NCBI GenBank assembly: GCA_965279515.1
Contig: CBDIID010000003.1
Location: 4,288,001-4,352,000, forward strand
Reading direction: 5' to 3'
Origin: Turneriella sp.
Lineage (GTDB): Bacteria > Spirochaetota > Leptospiria > Turneriellales > Turneriellaceae
DNA: 64,000 nucleotides
Of this stretch, positions 10,803 to 21,489 are shown in pieces. The notes beneath the pieces were generated by a model that saw only the letters and a list, made by a program, of their open reading frames with translations, made no database searches and was not told the DNA's origin. Position 1 is the stretch's first letter. Every line of letters starts with the position of its first letter. The translations under genes and the position numbers were made by a program.

Positions 10803-11393
10803 ATGCACTTGCGTTTTTTCTCCCTGATTGCCCTGGTGGTATCAGCCGTGGCCTGTAAGACGGGCGCAGCGACGGGGATGTCCATTACCCCCAACCATCC
10901 GATTGAAGCCGGCAATAGCACGGCGCCCATCCCTTCGGACGGCGATATTGAAGCGATGCGCGAAGCGTTCTTCGCGCGCGAGGCCGAAAACGAAGAAGTA
11001 TACCGCGTTTTCGTAACTTCAGATGGCTACACGCGCAAACAAATAGCCTTCCCTGAAAGTATCACGCTTAAAGAAGACAAAGCCGGCGACCAGGCGATCG
11101 CCGATGAGATCAAACGATTTGATATGGTCAACAGCCTGCAAGAAGGCCAGATACGCGTCGAGCTCTACCCCACAACGGGAAAATTCTACCGCGTGCGCCA
11201 GGCAAAGCCTTCGATCATGAAAGAAACCGATAGGATCATGAGCGATGATATCACGCGCTGGCAGTTCCAGTTCCCCAAGAACCAGATTATCCCCAAAGAT
11301 TTTCATGTCAGCTATCAGGTGTTGTTGCGCCGAAAGATCACCCGCGAACAGGCGCTGAAAATTCTCAGCGAGCAGAATAAAAAGAAGAAGTAA
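10803..11393 (+). CDS. Lipoprotein of unknown function (TonB-C-like C-terminus; leptospiral type)
   Basis: Lipobox AVAC; DITRWQFQF motif. Confidence 0.7.
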   Translation: MHLRFFSLIALVVSAVACKTGAATGMSITPNHPIEAGNSTAPIPSDGDIEAMREAFFAREAENEEVYRVFVTSDGYTRKQIAFPESITLKEDKAGDQAIADEIKRFDMVNSLQEGQIRVELYPTTGKFYRVRQAKPSIMKETDRIMSDDITRWQFQFPKNQIIPKDFHVSYQVLLRRKITREQALKILSEQNKKKK

Positions 11394-11397
11394 GCGG

Positions 11398-11739
11398 ATG
11401 CCAGACGCAGAAAAAAAAGAAATTATCATCCGTGTAGGCCTCGACAAAGACGCGATACCGGAATCGATATCGTGGCTTGCCCCCGGTGCCTCGAAGGGTG
11501 AAGAAAAAGCCGAGGCGTTTATGCTTTCGATCTTCAGCGGCGACGAGAAATCTACCCTGGGCATCGACCTCTGGACGAAAGAAATGCTCGTCGGTGACAT
11601 GAATATTTTCTTTTACCAGGCGATGAAAAAGATGGCCGATGTACTCGAACGCGCAACACAGGATAAAGAAGCTGCACAGATGGTACGCGATTTCAGCCGT
11701 GAATTCGGCAAGAAAGTCAAGCTCCTGAAAGATTCATGA
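11398..11739 (+). CDS. gldC: GldC family protein
   Basis: V.LD...IPE.I.W.A, LGIDLWTKEM.V..M..FFYQ, RAT motifs typical of GldC. Confidence 0.8.
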   Translation: MPDAEKKEIIIRVGLDKDAIPESISWLAPGASKGEEKAEAFMLSIFSGDEKSTLGIDLWTKEMLVGDMNIFFYQAMKKMADVLERATQDKEAAQMVRDFSREFGKKVKLLKDS

Positions 11740-13076
11740 TCGCTGCGCTCGGCATCCTCTGCGTCATTGCGCTGTTTTTCGGGATGCCTTTGTTTATCGG
11801 CCTGGGCACGCTCGGCACACTCTACCAGTTCAATAATACCACCGCACTGGGTGCCGGAACTTTCGGCGAAATCTCGCGCCAGCTGACAGTTGTATTCAGC
11901 GACCCGCTCTCAAAGCTCACAGGCGACCAGAGTGCGCTGTTTTTGACAATTCCCTATTTTACCCTCACGGGTTATATCATTGCACATTCGCAGTTCGCTT
12001 CGCGCGTCGTCAGTCTCTACCTGATATTCATGAAGCGTGTCGGTAAGGTTGGCACCTTAGGTCTCGGCATTGTCTGCATTGTTATCGCCGCGCTTTTTAC
12101 TCCGCTCACCGGCGCATCGGGTGTGACGATCGTCGCCATCGGCGGTATCCTGTTTCCGATTCTGACCGGGGCTGGTTACAGCGAGAAACGCGCGCTGGGA
12201 CTCATCACCGCCTCGGGCTCGATTGGCCTGCTCTTCAGCCCCAGCCTGCCCGTGATGCTGTTCGGCATCATGAGCGACAATAAGGCGGATATCAACGAGC
12301 TCTACCGCGCGGGCGTATTGCCGGGGCTGATACTCCTCATCGCGCTTTCCGTCGTCGTACTGATCAATTCGTTCAAGAGTGAAACAGCTTCTGAAGAGGC
12401 GCTGCGCAAACATCTTTCGGCAGCGGCATTTACGCTGAAAGATGGTCTGAAGCTGACAGCAGAGCTTGCCGCAATTCCGCTGCTCTATTTGCTCATGCAT
12501 TCGCGTTTTATGGTGATCACCGAGCTGGGCGTATTTTTCCTGCTCTACTATTTTCTGCTCGAAGTTGTGTTTTTCCGTGAGATCGGCTTAAAAAAGCTGA
12601 TTGCGGTTTTTGAAGAGGCGATCTCCATGATCGGTTCGATTATCCTCATTATCTTCTTCGCGATGATTCTGACGAATGCATTGCTGTACGATGGTGTACC
12701 GGCAAAGCTCTTCGGCTTCATCAGCCAATATATCCACTCGCCGTTGACCTTCCTGATGCTGCTCAATGTGTTTCTGCTGGTCGTCGGCGCGCTGATGGAT
12801 ATTTTTTCAGCGATTATTGTCATTGTACCGCTGATAATCCCCATTGCGGAGAGCTATCAGATTCCGATGCTGCATTTAGGAATTCTATTTCTGACGAATC
12901 TGGAAATCGGTTATCTGACGCCGCCGGTGGGGCTCAACCTGTTCTTAAGTTCGCTGCGTTTCCAGAAACCGATGAGTGACATCTATAAATCTATTGTGCC
13001 GTATCTGATTGCACTCCTCATCGCGCAGCTCGTCATCACGTATGTGCCGTGGCTTTCCCTGTGGTGGAAAGGCTAA
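11736..13076 (+). CDS. TRAP transporter large permease subunit (DctM family)
   Basis: Multi-TM; SGSIGLLFSPS, IGYLTPPVGLNLF. Confidence 0.9.
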   Translation: MIAALGILCVIALFFGMPLFIGLGTLGTLYQFNNTTALGAGTFGEISRQLTVVFSDPLSKLTGDQSALFLTIPYFTLTGYIIAHSQFASRVVSLYLIFMKRVGKVGTLGLGIVCIVIAALFTPLTGASGVTIVAIGGILFPILTGAGYSEKRALGLITASGSIGLLFSPSLPVMLFGIMSDNKADINELYRAGVLPGLILLIALSVVVLINSFKSETASEEALRKHLSAAAFTLKDGLKLTAELAAIPLLYLLMHSRFMVITELGVFFLLYYFLLEVVFFREIGLKKLIAVFEEAISMIGSIILIIFFAMILTNALLYDGVPAKLFGFISQYIHSPLTFLMLLNVFLLVVGALMDIFSAIIVIVPLIIPIAESYQIPMLHLGILFLTNLEIGYLTPPVGLNLFLSSLRFQKPMSDIYKSIVPYLIALLIAQLVITYVPWLSLWWKG

Positions 13077-13085
13077 GGCCGGGGT

Positions 13086-14297
13086 TTAAACTTTCGCCAG
13101 GGCCTGTTCGAGGTCGGCAATTAAATCTTCGGTATCTTCGAGCCCTACCGAGAAACGGATGAGATTGTCGAAGATGCCTTCTTTGAGGCGTGCCGCCGCG
13201 TCCATGTCGTAATAACTCATCACCGAGGGCTGGTGGATGAGCGATTCGACACCGCACATCGAGGCGCCGAGTGTCGGAATCCTTAATGATTCGATGAGCG
13301 TTGTCGATGCCTTCATGCCGGCTTCCTGTGAGGCATCTTTGCCTTTTACCTGAAACGAAACCACACCGCCGCCGCCTTTGAGATATTTTTGCGCGAGCGG
13401 CAGTTGTGTGTTGGATGATACAAGCGGATACCAGACTTTTTGTATTTTGGGGTGTTTGTCGAGGTACTCAGCGACAGTCAGTGCCGAACGGTTATGTTCG
13501 CGCATACGTACGGCGAAAGATTTAATTCCGCGCGAAACCAGGAAGCAGAGATGGGGGTCCGGATTCGAGCCGAAAAGGCCGCGCACGCTGCGCACCTTCT
13601 CGATGAGTTCGGCGCTGCCCAAAACCGCGCCGGCGATGGCGTCGTTGTGGCCGTTGAGGTATTTCGTCAGCGAGTGAGTGATGAGATCGACACCCAGTGA
13701 CAGCGGGTTGCAGTTCAGCGGTGATGAAAGCGTGGCGTCGACCAGAGTCAGGATTTTCTTCTCGCGTGCGAAACGGACGAGCTCCTGGAGGTCTATGAGT
13801 TTCAGGTAGGGGTTGGTCGGAAACTCCAGGAAGATTACTTTCGTTTGGGGAGTAACCGCCGCCTTGATGGCCTCGAGATCGACCGGCACATAGCTGAATT
13901 TAAGGCCCAGGCGCGCGAGGTGCTGGTCGAACATCTTGAAGGTGCCGCGGTAGCCTTCGCTGAGCGTCACCATGTGGTCGCCCGCGCTCATCACTGCGCA
14001 GATCGCTGAGGTGATGGCATTCATACCGCTGGTTGTGACAACCGCGTCTTCAGCACCTTCGAGCGCGATCAGCGTTTCTTCGAGCGAACGCTGCGTCGGC
14101 GTGCCATAGCGCGAATATTCGGCGAGCCGGTCCGATTTTTTCAGGTAGAACGCCCAAAGGTCTTCTACCCGGTCGAATTCATAACTCGCTGTCTGGTAGA
14201 TCGGCGTTACGAGCGGGCGGTGGGGGTCGCCGCTGTTGTCGTGGCCGGCGTGTATCGCCCGCGTCGAGATGCCTTTTTTGATATCCGTCTTTTTCAT
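13086..14297 (-). CDS. Cys/Met metabolism PLP enzyme (cystathionine gamma-synthase-like)
   Basis: PIYQT, YSRYG.PT, SGM.A, HSLTKYLNGHND. Confidence 0.9.
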   Translation of the reverse strand: MKKTDIKKGISTRAIHAGHDNSGDPHRPLVTPIYQTASYEFDRVEDLWAFYLKKSDRLAEYSRYGTPTQRSLEETLIALEGAEDAVVTTSGMNAITSAICAVMSAGDHMVTLSEGYRGTFKMFDQHLARLGLKFSYVPVDLEAIKAAVTPQTKVIFLEFPTNPYLKLIDLQELVRFAREKKILTLVDATLSSPLNCNPLSLGVDLITHSLTKYLNGHNDAIAGAVLGSAELIEKVRSVRGLFGSNPDPHLCFLVSRGIKSFAVRMREHNRSALTVAEYLDKHPKIQKVWYPLVSSNTQLPLAQKYLKGGGGVVSFQVKGKDASQEAGMKASTTLIESLRIPTLGASMCGVESLIHQPSVMSYYDMDAAARLKEGIFDNLIRFSVGLEDTEDLIADLEQALAKV

Positions 14298-15619
14298 TTT
14301 TTTGCGTCCAGGAATTTTGCCACCGCGTCTTTGACTGAAGAGAGTGATGCCTTTAGATCGACAGGGGTATTTTTATGCGCTGTCTGTGATTTCTCCGAAT
14401 GGTAGTTGATTTTGAAGTCGGCAAATTTGAGACCGTGGGCGGTTGAGACAACGCAGACCGACTCATTGTTTTTAATCGTGCCGGCTTTTTTGAGTTTTTG
14501 AAACGCCGCTAGCGCGACACCGGTGTGCGGGTCGACGAGCAGCCCACTGCGGTCGCCGAGTGCCGCCGCGTCGGCAAGTTCGGCTTCAGATGCCTGTTCG
14601 ACGACACCGTTAAATTCTTTGAGTGTCGCGATTGCCTTTTTTATGGAAACCGGATTGCCGATACGGATCGCGGATGCCTGTGTTTCACCGGCTGTCATCG
14701 CCGTGAAATCGGCAAAATTCTTTTTATAAGAAAGGTAGAGCGGGTTTGCGGCTTCGGCCTGCGCCACCGCGATCTTGGGCAAAGAATTCACAAGACCCAG
14801 CTCATAGAGCATCTTGAGCCCGGCGCCCAGTGCTGAAACATTCCCGAGATTGCCGCCGGGAATAATAAACCAATCGGGTAGCTGCCAGCCGAGTTGCTGC
14901 GCGACTTCGATGCCGACAGTCTTCTGGCCTTCGATGCGCAGAGAATTCATCGAGTTAGCGAGGTAGATATCTTTCTCTTGCGTCAGCTGCTGCACGATTT
15001 CCATGCAGCCATCGAAATCGGTTTCGAGCGCGAGCACGAGCGAGCCGTTTGCAATCGGCTGCATCAGCTGCGCGAGCGAGATCTTGTTTTTCGGCAGCAG
15101 AATCACGCTGAGGATACCCGCGTAAGCGGCATAGGCAGCGAGCGCCGCCGAAGTATCTCCCGTTGAGGCGCAGGCGATCGCGCGGATCGGCGCGCCTTTT
15201 TTGATCATGTGATTGACCTGCGAGACGAGCACAGTCATGCCGAGATCTTTAAACGAGCCGGTATGGCTGTTGCCGCAGAGTTTTACAAAAAGTTCATCGT
15301 GGCCGAATTCCCTGGAAAGTTGTTTGCCTGAAAAGAGCGGTGTCGCGCCTTCGCCGAGCGAGATGATATCTTCTTTGGGGATATCCGGCAGCACCCATTC
15401 GCGTTTACCCCAGATGCCCGAGGCATCGATTTTATCCTGCGAGCGCCAGCGCTTTTCAAACAGTTCGCGCCAGTCCTGTGCGGATTTCTTCTTCAGAACG
15501 CCGGCATCGTGGCGCACTTCGAGCAGGTCGCCGCTTTTAGGGCAGCGGTAAATAACTTCGTCCAGCGAGTAGTGCTCGCTATTGACAGGGTTGATACTTT
15601 GAAACCAGGCATTGGCCAC
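14294..15619 (-). CDS. thrC: Threonine synthase
   Basis: LGEG.TPL, HTGSFKDLG, CASTGDTSAA, PGGNLGN. Confidence 0.94.
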   Translation of the reverse strand: MANAWFQSINPVNSEHYSLDEVIYRCPKSGDLLEVRHDAGVLKKKSAQDWRELFEKRWRSQDKIDASGIWGKREWVLPDIPKEDIISLGEGATPLFSGKQLSREFGHDELFVKLCGNSHTGSFKDLGMTVLVSQVNHMIKKGAPIRAIACASTGDTSAALAAYAAYAGILSVILLPKNKISLAQLMQPIANGSLVLALETDFDGCMEIVQQLTQEKDIYLANSMNSLRIEGQKTVGIEVAQQLGWQLPDWFIIPGGNLGNVSALGAGLKMLYELGLVNSLPKIAVAQAEAANPLYLSYKKNFADFTAMTAGETQASAIRIGNPVSIKKAIATLKEFNGVVEQASEAELADAAALGDRSGLLVDPHTGVALAAFQKLKKAGTIKNNESVCVVSTAHGLKFADFKINYHSEKSQTAHKNTPVDLKASLSSVKDAVAKFLDAKK

Positions 15620-15751
15620 GGTCCATCGTGAACCGGCAGGCGAAACAGGCGGACAAGAACATAACCCGTTGGGGCTTTGGTATTCTGCGACCTGCCGCGC
15701 AGGCCACAGTAAAATAGCTTACAGCCGCAGCGGCCTGGCCATAAGGTACCC

Positions 15752-16387
15752 ATGCGCCCACTGATCGTCGCCCTGTATTTTACCTGCGCCGGCGGATTCA
15801 TCGCCTCGTTGCCCTTTGCCCCTTACACAGGCAGCTTTATAGCAAAGGCAATCCCCATACTTATATTGCTTTTTGCTGCAGTCACGGCCGCGGATTTTCG
15901 CGGTAAGTTTGCGCTCATTGCAGCCATCATCTTTTCCGGTGCCGGTGATGTCATTCTCGACCTGGGTTTTCAGGGTTCTTTTATAGCCGGATTGATCGCG
16001 TTTCTGATCGCGCATCTCTGGTACATCGGTCTTTTCGGTCTCGACGTCTTAATCCGCCGTATCCGGTTTTTGCCGACGATTCCCGCGGTGATTTTTCCGT
16101 TAGCCATGGCTGTCTTTCTCTGGCCACACCTCGGGCCGCTGAAGATTCCCGTGGCGGTTTATGTCACGGCCATTGCCACAATGCTGGTTTTGGCAATCAA
16201 CCGGCAGAGCGGGGGCAGGGGCGTTATTTTGGGGGCAAGCTTCTTTCTAGCCTCGGACACCATTCTCGCACTGAACAAATTTTATGCCCCCCACCCGGCG
16301 GCGGGTTATGCGATTATGGCGACATATTACCTCGCGCAGTACCAGATTGTGGCGGGTATCCTGAAAGAAAAAACATCAATTAAATAA
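15752..16387 (+). CDS. YhhN family membrane protein (lysoplasmalogenase-like)
   Basis: AGDV.L, AFLIAH, F..SD..LA, TYYLAQ. Confidence 0.9.
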   Translation: MRPLIVALYFTCAGGFIASLPFAPYTGSFIAKAIPILILLFAAVTAADFRGKFALIAAIIFSGAGDVILDLGFQGSFIAGLIAFLIAHLWYIGLFGLDVLIRRIRFLPTIPAVIFPLAMAVFLWPHLGPLKIPVAVYVTAIATMLVLAINRQSGGRGVILGASFFLASDTILALNKFYAPHPAAGYAIMATYYLAQYQIVAGILKEKTSIK

Positions 16388-16420
16388 TTTTCAGTATGAC
16401 ATGGGATTTTAAGCCCATCC

Positions 16421-17518
16421 GTGCTCCAGTTACTCCTGACACCGTTACAGAAACACATCTCGTGGTTCCGGATTTTTAATTATACCTCGTTCCGCCTCGT
16501 CGCTGCGGCGATTACCGCGCTGCTTCTGGCATATTTATTCGGTCCGCGGTTCATCCGCTTTTTAAGAAAACTGCGCTTCGGTGAATCGGTGCGATCTGAC
16601 GGCCCCGAAAGCCACCAGAGCAAAGCGGGAACTCCCACCATGGGTGGCCTCATGATTATGGCGAGCATGAGTGTTTCGATTCTGCTCTGGGGCAATCTCA
16701 GCAATCTCTATGTGATGCTCTTGTGGCTCGGCACACTCGCGCTCAGCGCCGTCGGCTTTGTCGACGACTACTCGAAATCGGTGCTGAAGATTGCCGGCGG
16801 CATGCGTGCGCGCACGAAATTTCTCTGCCAGATTGTGATTGCGGGTGGTTTTGCGACGCTGGTGTTTTTTTTCCCCTATGCACCGAAGGGCGCACAGGAA
16901 CAGGCTACGAGTCTTTTTCTGCCGTTCATGAAAAGCCCGCTCTTTAATATGGGCATTATCGCGATTTTTTTCTGGCTATGGATTGTTGTGGGTACTTCGA
17001 ATGCCGTGAATCTGACCGACGGTTTGGATGGTCTTGCCACCGGCATGTCGGTGATCGTGATTGTGACTTTGGCTCTTCTCGCCTATGTCACGGGCCTTGA
17101 AGAGGTCGCGCATTACCTGCGCATCGTCTATGTGCCTGAGGCGAATGAGATTTCTGTTTTTCTCGCGGCCTTAGGCGGGGCTTGTATTGGTTTTCTCTGG
17201 TATAATGCTTATCCCGCCGAAGTTTTTATGGGCGATACGGGTTCACTGGCGCTCGGTGGCGCGATTGGCATGAGTGCAATTCTGATCCACCGCGAAATAT
17301 TGCTCGTGATCTTAGGCGGCGTGTTCGTGATGGAAGCTCTCAGTGTAATCCTTCAGGTCGGCTCTTACAAACTCAGGCAAAAACGCATCTTTCGTATGGC
17401 GCCGATACACCATCACTTCGAACTCGGCGGCTGGCATGAGAATAAGGTCGTCACGCGCTTTTGGATTGTCGGCGTACTTTTGGCGCTCATCGCCATTTCA
17501 AGTATTAAGATTATTTAA
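16421..17518 (+). CDS. mraY: Phospho-N-acetylmuramoyl-pentapeptide transferase
   Basis: KAGTPTMGG, NAVNLTDGLDGL, FMGDTGS, MAPIHHHFE. Confidence 0.97.
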   Translation: MLQLLLTPLQKHISWFRIFNYTSFRLVAAAITALLLAYLFGPRFIRFLRKLRFGESVRSDGPESHQSKAGTPTMGGLMIMASMSVSILLWGNLSNLYVMLLWLGTLALSAVGFVDDYSKSVLKIAGGMRARTKFLCQIVIAGGFATLVFFFPYAPKGAQEQATSLFLPFMKSPLFNMGIIAIFFWLWIVVGTSNAVNLTDGLDGLATGMSVIVIVTLALLAYVTGLEEVAHYLRIVYVPEANEISVFLAALGGACIGFLWYNAYPAEVFMGDTGSLALGGAIGMSAILIHREILLVILGGVFVMEALSVILQVGSYKLRQKRIFRMAPIHHHFELGGWHENKVVTRFWIVGVLLALIAISSIKII

Positions 17519-17558
17519 GGGAGTTCTGCAAAAGCCAAAATTCGGTGCGCAAATATCA

Positions 17559-18536
17559 TCATTTGCGCGCATAGAGCACGTAGCTGCTGGTTAGCGGGCG
17601 GCCGTTGCGGCGCCGCTGGGATTTCCAATGGTATAAACTCATTTTCCAGAAACGCAGCAAATCGCTGGGCTTCGAGACATCGCCCCAAGCCTTACGCCAT
17701 TTTGCCCACAGGGGGAAATCCACCGGAAAAAATTCTTTGAACTCGCGAAAGCCGATTTCACGGAGCATTGTTTTAAGGCCCGTCGCCGTGTAGTAGATGA
17801 GGTGGCCGGGAAGATAATAGTGATAGTCGGCGCCGCTTACGGTAGCCTGGCAACCTTCAAAATTAGCAGTCTGGATCACGAGTACGCCGCCGGCTTCGAG
17901 AAGATGATAAGCTTTGCCGAAATCAGTGCGGGCCGTTTTGAGATGTTCGGCGACTTCGATGAGGGTGATGGCAGAGAAACTACCGGGTTTAAAATATTTT
18001 GCCGTGCCGCGCGGCAGATGCATGAGGTCGCCTGCGAAAAGTTTTGCCGGGTTACCCGCCGCCGCCGAAATCTGATTTCCTTCTTTCACCGCATAAGGCG
18101 AGACGTCGAGGCCATAGGCTTCGAAGTTTTGTGAAGCCGCGGCGCGCACCAGGGCGCCAAACGCACAACCGACATCGAGAAATTTGCCTTCTTGCACACC
18201 TCCCCCGCCCGCGGGGGAGGTGCCGAAGGCGGAGGGGGAGCTTAACAGAAATTTGCGGATTGCTTTCAGGCGTGCGTTGTGGACGAAATTGTGGTAATAT
18301 TCTTTTTTGCGCTCGTCCTGGTAGTTAAACGCCGCGGTGCCTGTGTAGTAGCCTTCGTCATAGAACGCGTCGGCGTTTTTGGGGAAGGGATGCTGGTACT
18401 CAGACCGGCAGGCCTGGCAAAGGTATACGTCAAAACCATGGCGGCTAATACGGTATTTAAAGGCGGTTTCGGGGGATGCACAGACAGGGCAGAGAGATGG
18501 TTTCGCTCTTTTGGATCCGCCCGATTTCTTTTTCAT
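17559..18536 (-). CDS. SAM-dependent methyltransferase with N-terminal Cys (Zn) motif
   Basis: CPVC...CQAC; LDVGCAFG; EH; P.HL.Y. Confidence 0.88.
   Translation of the reverse strand: MKKKSGGSKRAKPSLCPVCASPETAFKYRISRHGFDVYLCQACRSEYQHPFPKNADAFYDEGYYTGTAAFNYQDERKKEYYHNFVHNARLKAIRKFLLSSPSAFGTSPAGGGGVQEGKFLDVGCAFGALVRAAASQNFEAYGLDVSPYAVKEGNQISAAAGNPAKLFAGDLMHLPRGTAKYFKPGSFSAITLIEVAEHLKTARTDFGKAYHLLEAGGVLVIQTANFEGCQATVSGADYHYYLPGHLIYYTATGLKTMLREIGFREFKEFFPVDFPLWAKWRKAWGDVSKPSDLLRFWKMSLYHWKSQRRRNGRPLTSSYVLYARK
18197..18240. repeat. GC-rich palindromic (REP/RPE-like) element inside a coding sequence
   Basis: Perfect inverted repeat CACCTCCCCCGC (18197-18208) / GCGGGGGAGGTG (18211-18222), followed by the mini-hairpin GCCGAAGGC. 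Confidence 0.65.
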
Positions 18537-19141
18537 TTCTGCGCCAGAATCATATGGTGGGCGACGATGTGCTCTTCGCCCAGGGGTTGGCGGGCGATAA
18601 AGCCGTAACTGGTCCGTGTAAATTCGCGGAACAGCGACAAGGTTTCATCTTTAGAGAATAACCCCGCATCGCCGTCCTTGAGATCGCCCTGCGTGAGTTG
18701 TGCCTTGAGGTGTGTGTCGCTGTCAGAGCGCAGGGTCAGGAAAATTTTGCCGCCGGGCTTCAAGATGCGGTGGATTTCGCTGATCGCCGGGCTCAGGGTA
18801 TTTTCGGGCAGGTAATGCAAAACGCCCCAGCATAAGATGAAATCGAATGACTGGGTGAGGAAAGGTAATTCGGGCAGAGCCGCCTGAAAGGCGCCAAAAT
18901 TTTCGGCCGCATAGAGTTTCAGCGAATTGATGGAAAAGTCACAGGCTACCGTCCGGGAAAAATGCTCGGATAACAGGCTTAGATGCCGGCCGCTGCCGCT
19001 ACCCAAGTCGAGCGCCGTACTGCCCGGAATTTCATGGGCAAACTCTTTTTTGAGCACGCGCACGACATTCTCGTCCGGGTAAGTTTGTCGCGCCCGCGGG
19101 CGGGTATAATGGGTTTCCCAAACCTGCTGATTGTCAGCCAT
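18533..19141 (-). CDS. Class I SAM-dependent methyltransferase
   Basis: LDLGSGSGRH, LPF..SFD, RILKPGG. Confidence 0.9.
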   Translation of the reverse strand: MADNQQVWETHYTRPRARQTYPDENVVRVLKKEFAHEIPGSTALDLGSGSGRHLSLLSEHFSRTVACDFSINSLKLYAAENFGAFQAALPELPFLTQSFDFILCWGVLHYLPENTLSPAISEIHRILKPGGKIFLTLRSDSDTHLKAQLTQGDLKDGDAGLFSKDETLSLFREFTRTSYGFIARQPLGEEHIVAHHMILAQK

Positions 19142-19907
19142 TCAGTTTCTTTTCGGCTTTTTTGTGCAGAACGTAGAGCTTGATATATTTGGTAAAGGTC
19201 GCCACAGCGGAATAGTAGGTAATGATGATACCTGCCGCACCGTCGAGAAACGACAACTCAAAGAAGAACTTACGGATGACGACCCAGCCCGCACGCGCGA
19301 AAACACCGGGAAGCGAAACCCTGCGGCCGCGGGCATACAAGGCCTGTGACGCCATTTCCGAATACTTGCGTATGGTCGCGATATGGTCGTCGATGGTGCG
19401 GAATGAATAATGGAGCAGGTCTCCTTTGAGTTTCGCCGTCTGTGCCGCAGGCGCGTTGATGATTTCATGCACCTGATCACCCTGCCATGCGCAAACTTGC
19501 TTGTTGTACAGGCGGATCTTATCATCGGGGTACCAGCCCGAATGGCGTATGAAGCGGTAGATGTACCAGGTCAGGCGGTTAAACTTATACGCAACGATAT
19601 CTGAGGGTGAATTGTCCTTAAGAGTCAGGATTGCCTGCGCCAGTTCCGGGGTTAATCTCTCGTCGCAGTCCAGGTTCAAAATCCAGTCGAATTTCGCTTT
19701 CGATACAGCAAAATTTTTCTGTGCCACATAGTTATCAAATTTGCGGGCAAAAACTTTTTTCGTGAAGTGTTTGGCGATCTTCACCGTGGCATCGTCGCTA
19801 AAACTGTCGACGAAGATAATCTCATCGGCGACAGTCTTTACCGAAGCGAGGCAATCCGCCAGGTTTTTCTCTTCGTTAAGACCGATGACACAAACCGAGA
19901 TTTTCAT
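19134..19907 (-). CDS. Glycosyltransferase family 2 (KdtX/WaaE-like)
   Basis: NEE, VDSFS.D.T, LDCDE, GWYPD, VHE. Confidence 0.92.
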   Translation of the reverse strand: MKISVCVIGLNEEKNLADCLASVKTVADEIIFVDSFSDDATVKIAKHFTKKVFARKFDNYVAQKNFAVSKAKFDWILNLDCDERLTPELAQAILTLKDNSPSDIVAYKFNRLTWYIYRFIRHSGWYPDDKIRLYNKQVCAWQGDQVHEIINAPAAQTAKLKGDLLHYSFRTIDDHIATIRKYSEMASQALYARGRRVSLPGVFARAGWVVIRKFFFELSFLDGAAGIIITYYSAVATFTKYIKLYVLHKKAEKKLNG

Positions 19908-19918
19908 CCGGCCGCCGG

Positions 19919-20974
19919 TTAGCCGCTTGTCAGGTAAGGCATGGGGTTCACCGGGTGCTCCATGATACGCACTTCGTAGTGGAGGTGCGGACCTGTCGCG
20001 CGGCCGGTCGCGCCGACGCGGCCGATCTGTTGTCCCTTGCGCACATAACTGCCGCAGCTGGCGTGCACGCTGCTCATGTGGCCATAGAGGGTTTGAAAGC
20101 CGAAGGAGTGCGCGATTCTGACGGAAAGGCCATAACCCCCGCTATAACCGCAGCTCGTCACGCGGCCATCAGCGGCGGCATAGATGGGAGTTCCGGTTGC
20201 ATTCGCGAGGTCTACACCCGTGTGAAAGTCTTTGCTTTGCCCGAACGGTGAAATACGCCCGCCGAAGAATGAGGTAAAATGCCCGCCGGCCAGCGGCCAG
20301 TAGTAGGGCAGGGCCTGCTGCACGATGTCGCGTTCTTTGAGAAGCTGCTGCAGCATCGCCACCGCGCTGCCGGTCTGCTTGAGATCGAGTTTCAGCTGGC
20401 GGTAGAGTGCGATTTCAGGATAAAAGTAGAAACCTTCTTCCTGTGATTTGCCCTGTGCGACTTTCAGTGTCGTTTCAAAATTGAGAAATTTGACGGTGCG
20501 GTTTTCTTTGTAACTCAGCGAGCGCGCAAATTCTTCCCCTTCGCTGTCGAGCATCTGCACGGCGCTTTCGTGCAAAATATCTTTGTCGAGAAAAACCGGC
20601 TCATCACCCTCGTGCAGTTTTGCCTGCACCATGATTTTGCCGAACTGTTTTTTGAAAAAGTCCTGCTGTACGACCATCTCGTGGTATTTGCGTAAATACA
20701 GTTCGCGCTCGTTGACATAGGCGCGGTCGCGGTCTTGCAACGAGTCAGCCTCGGACTGAATATTGCGTTGGAAGCTGACGGCAAAGAAGGAAGCGACGAT
20801 GATAAAGATAAGGGAGAATATGGCGAGCGCGATCACATAGTTCGACAGCTGCATGTTGACGATGGCGCGGTCGTTGTGCGGAATGACGAGGAACGTAATA
20901 CGCTCATTGCCCTTCTCGCGGAGCTTTTTGCGGTATTCAGCGGCCTTTTTTTCAATCTTCCGTCTGAAACTCAA
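19919..20974 (-). CDS. M23 family peptidoglycan metallopeptidase
   Basis: TM anchor; [18 protein letters not shown]. Confidence 0.92.
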   Translation of the reverse strand: MSFRRKIEKKAAEYRKKLREKGNERITFLVIPHNDRAIVNMQLSNYVIALAIFSLIFIIVASFFAVSFQRNIQSEADSLQDRDRAYVNERELYLRKYHEMVVQQDFFKKQFGKIMVQAKLHEGDEPVFLDKDILHESAVQMLDSEGEEFARSLSYKENRTVKFLNFETTLKVAQGKSQEEGFYFYPEIALYRQLKLDLKQTGSAVAMLQQLLKERDIVQQALPYYWPLAGGHFTSFFGGRISPFGQSKDFHTGVDLANATGTPIYAAADGRVTSCGYSGGYGLSVRIAHSFGFQTLYGHMSSVHASCGSYVRKGQQIGRVGATGRATGPHLHYEVRIMEHPVNPMPYLTSG

Positions 20975-21489
20975 TTGCGCTCCCCGAGAATTTTGCCGCC
21001 GGTCGCTTCCATCATTTTCTCTTTATTGAGAATCAGATTTTCACGGTTATCGGCTGGCATCGGCATGCCACCGTCGAGATAGATAGCACCTTTAGGGCAG
21101 GCCTCTTCGCAGAGCCCGCAATAGATGCAGCGGAGAAGATCGACGTCAAAACTCTTGGCATACTTGTCTTCGGGGTGCAGGTATTGTTTTTCGGGCGTCA
21201 CTTCGGCGGCGACGATCTGTATCGCATCGGCGGGGCAGACCCACTGGCAGCAGTAGCAGGCGGTGCAGCGTTCTTGTCCCTTTTCATTGCGTTTGAGGCG
21301 GTGCAGACCGCGAAACCGCGATGACAGCGGCAGTTTTTTCTCAGGGTAAGATACCGTCACCATACGGCGCAGAATCGCCGATTTGAGAAAATGTTTGAGC
21401 GTTACCCATAGACCCGCCGAGATCGACATGAAATAGAATTTCTCGTACCAGCGGAACTTATATTTTTTGTGAACGTGCAGCGTTGCCAT
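20971..21489 (-). CDS. nuoI: NADH-quinone oxidoreductase subunit I
   Basis: YPE..RFRG.H, CTAC..C...[15 protein letters not shown]. Confidence 0.93.
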   Translation of the reverse strand: MATLHVHKKYKFRWYEKFYFMSISAGLWVTLKHFLKSAILRRMVTVSYPEKKLPLSSRFRGLHRLKRNEKGQERCTACYCCQWVCPADAIQIVAAEVTPEKQYLHPEDKYAKSFDVDLLRCIYCGLCEEACPKGAIYLDGGMPMPADNRENLILNKEKMMEATGGKILGERN

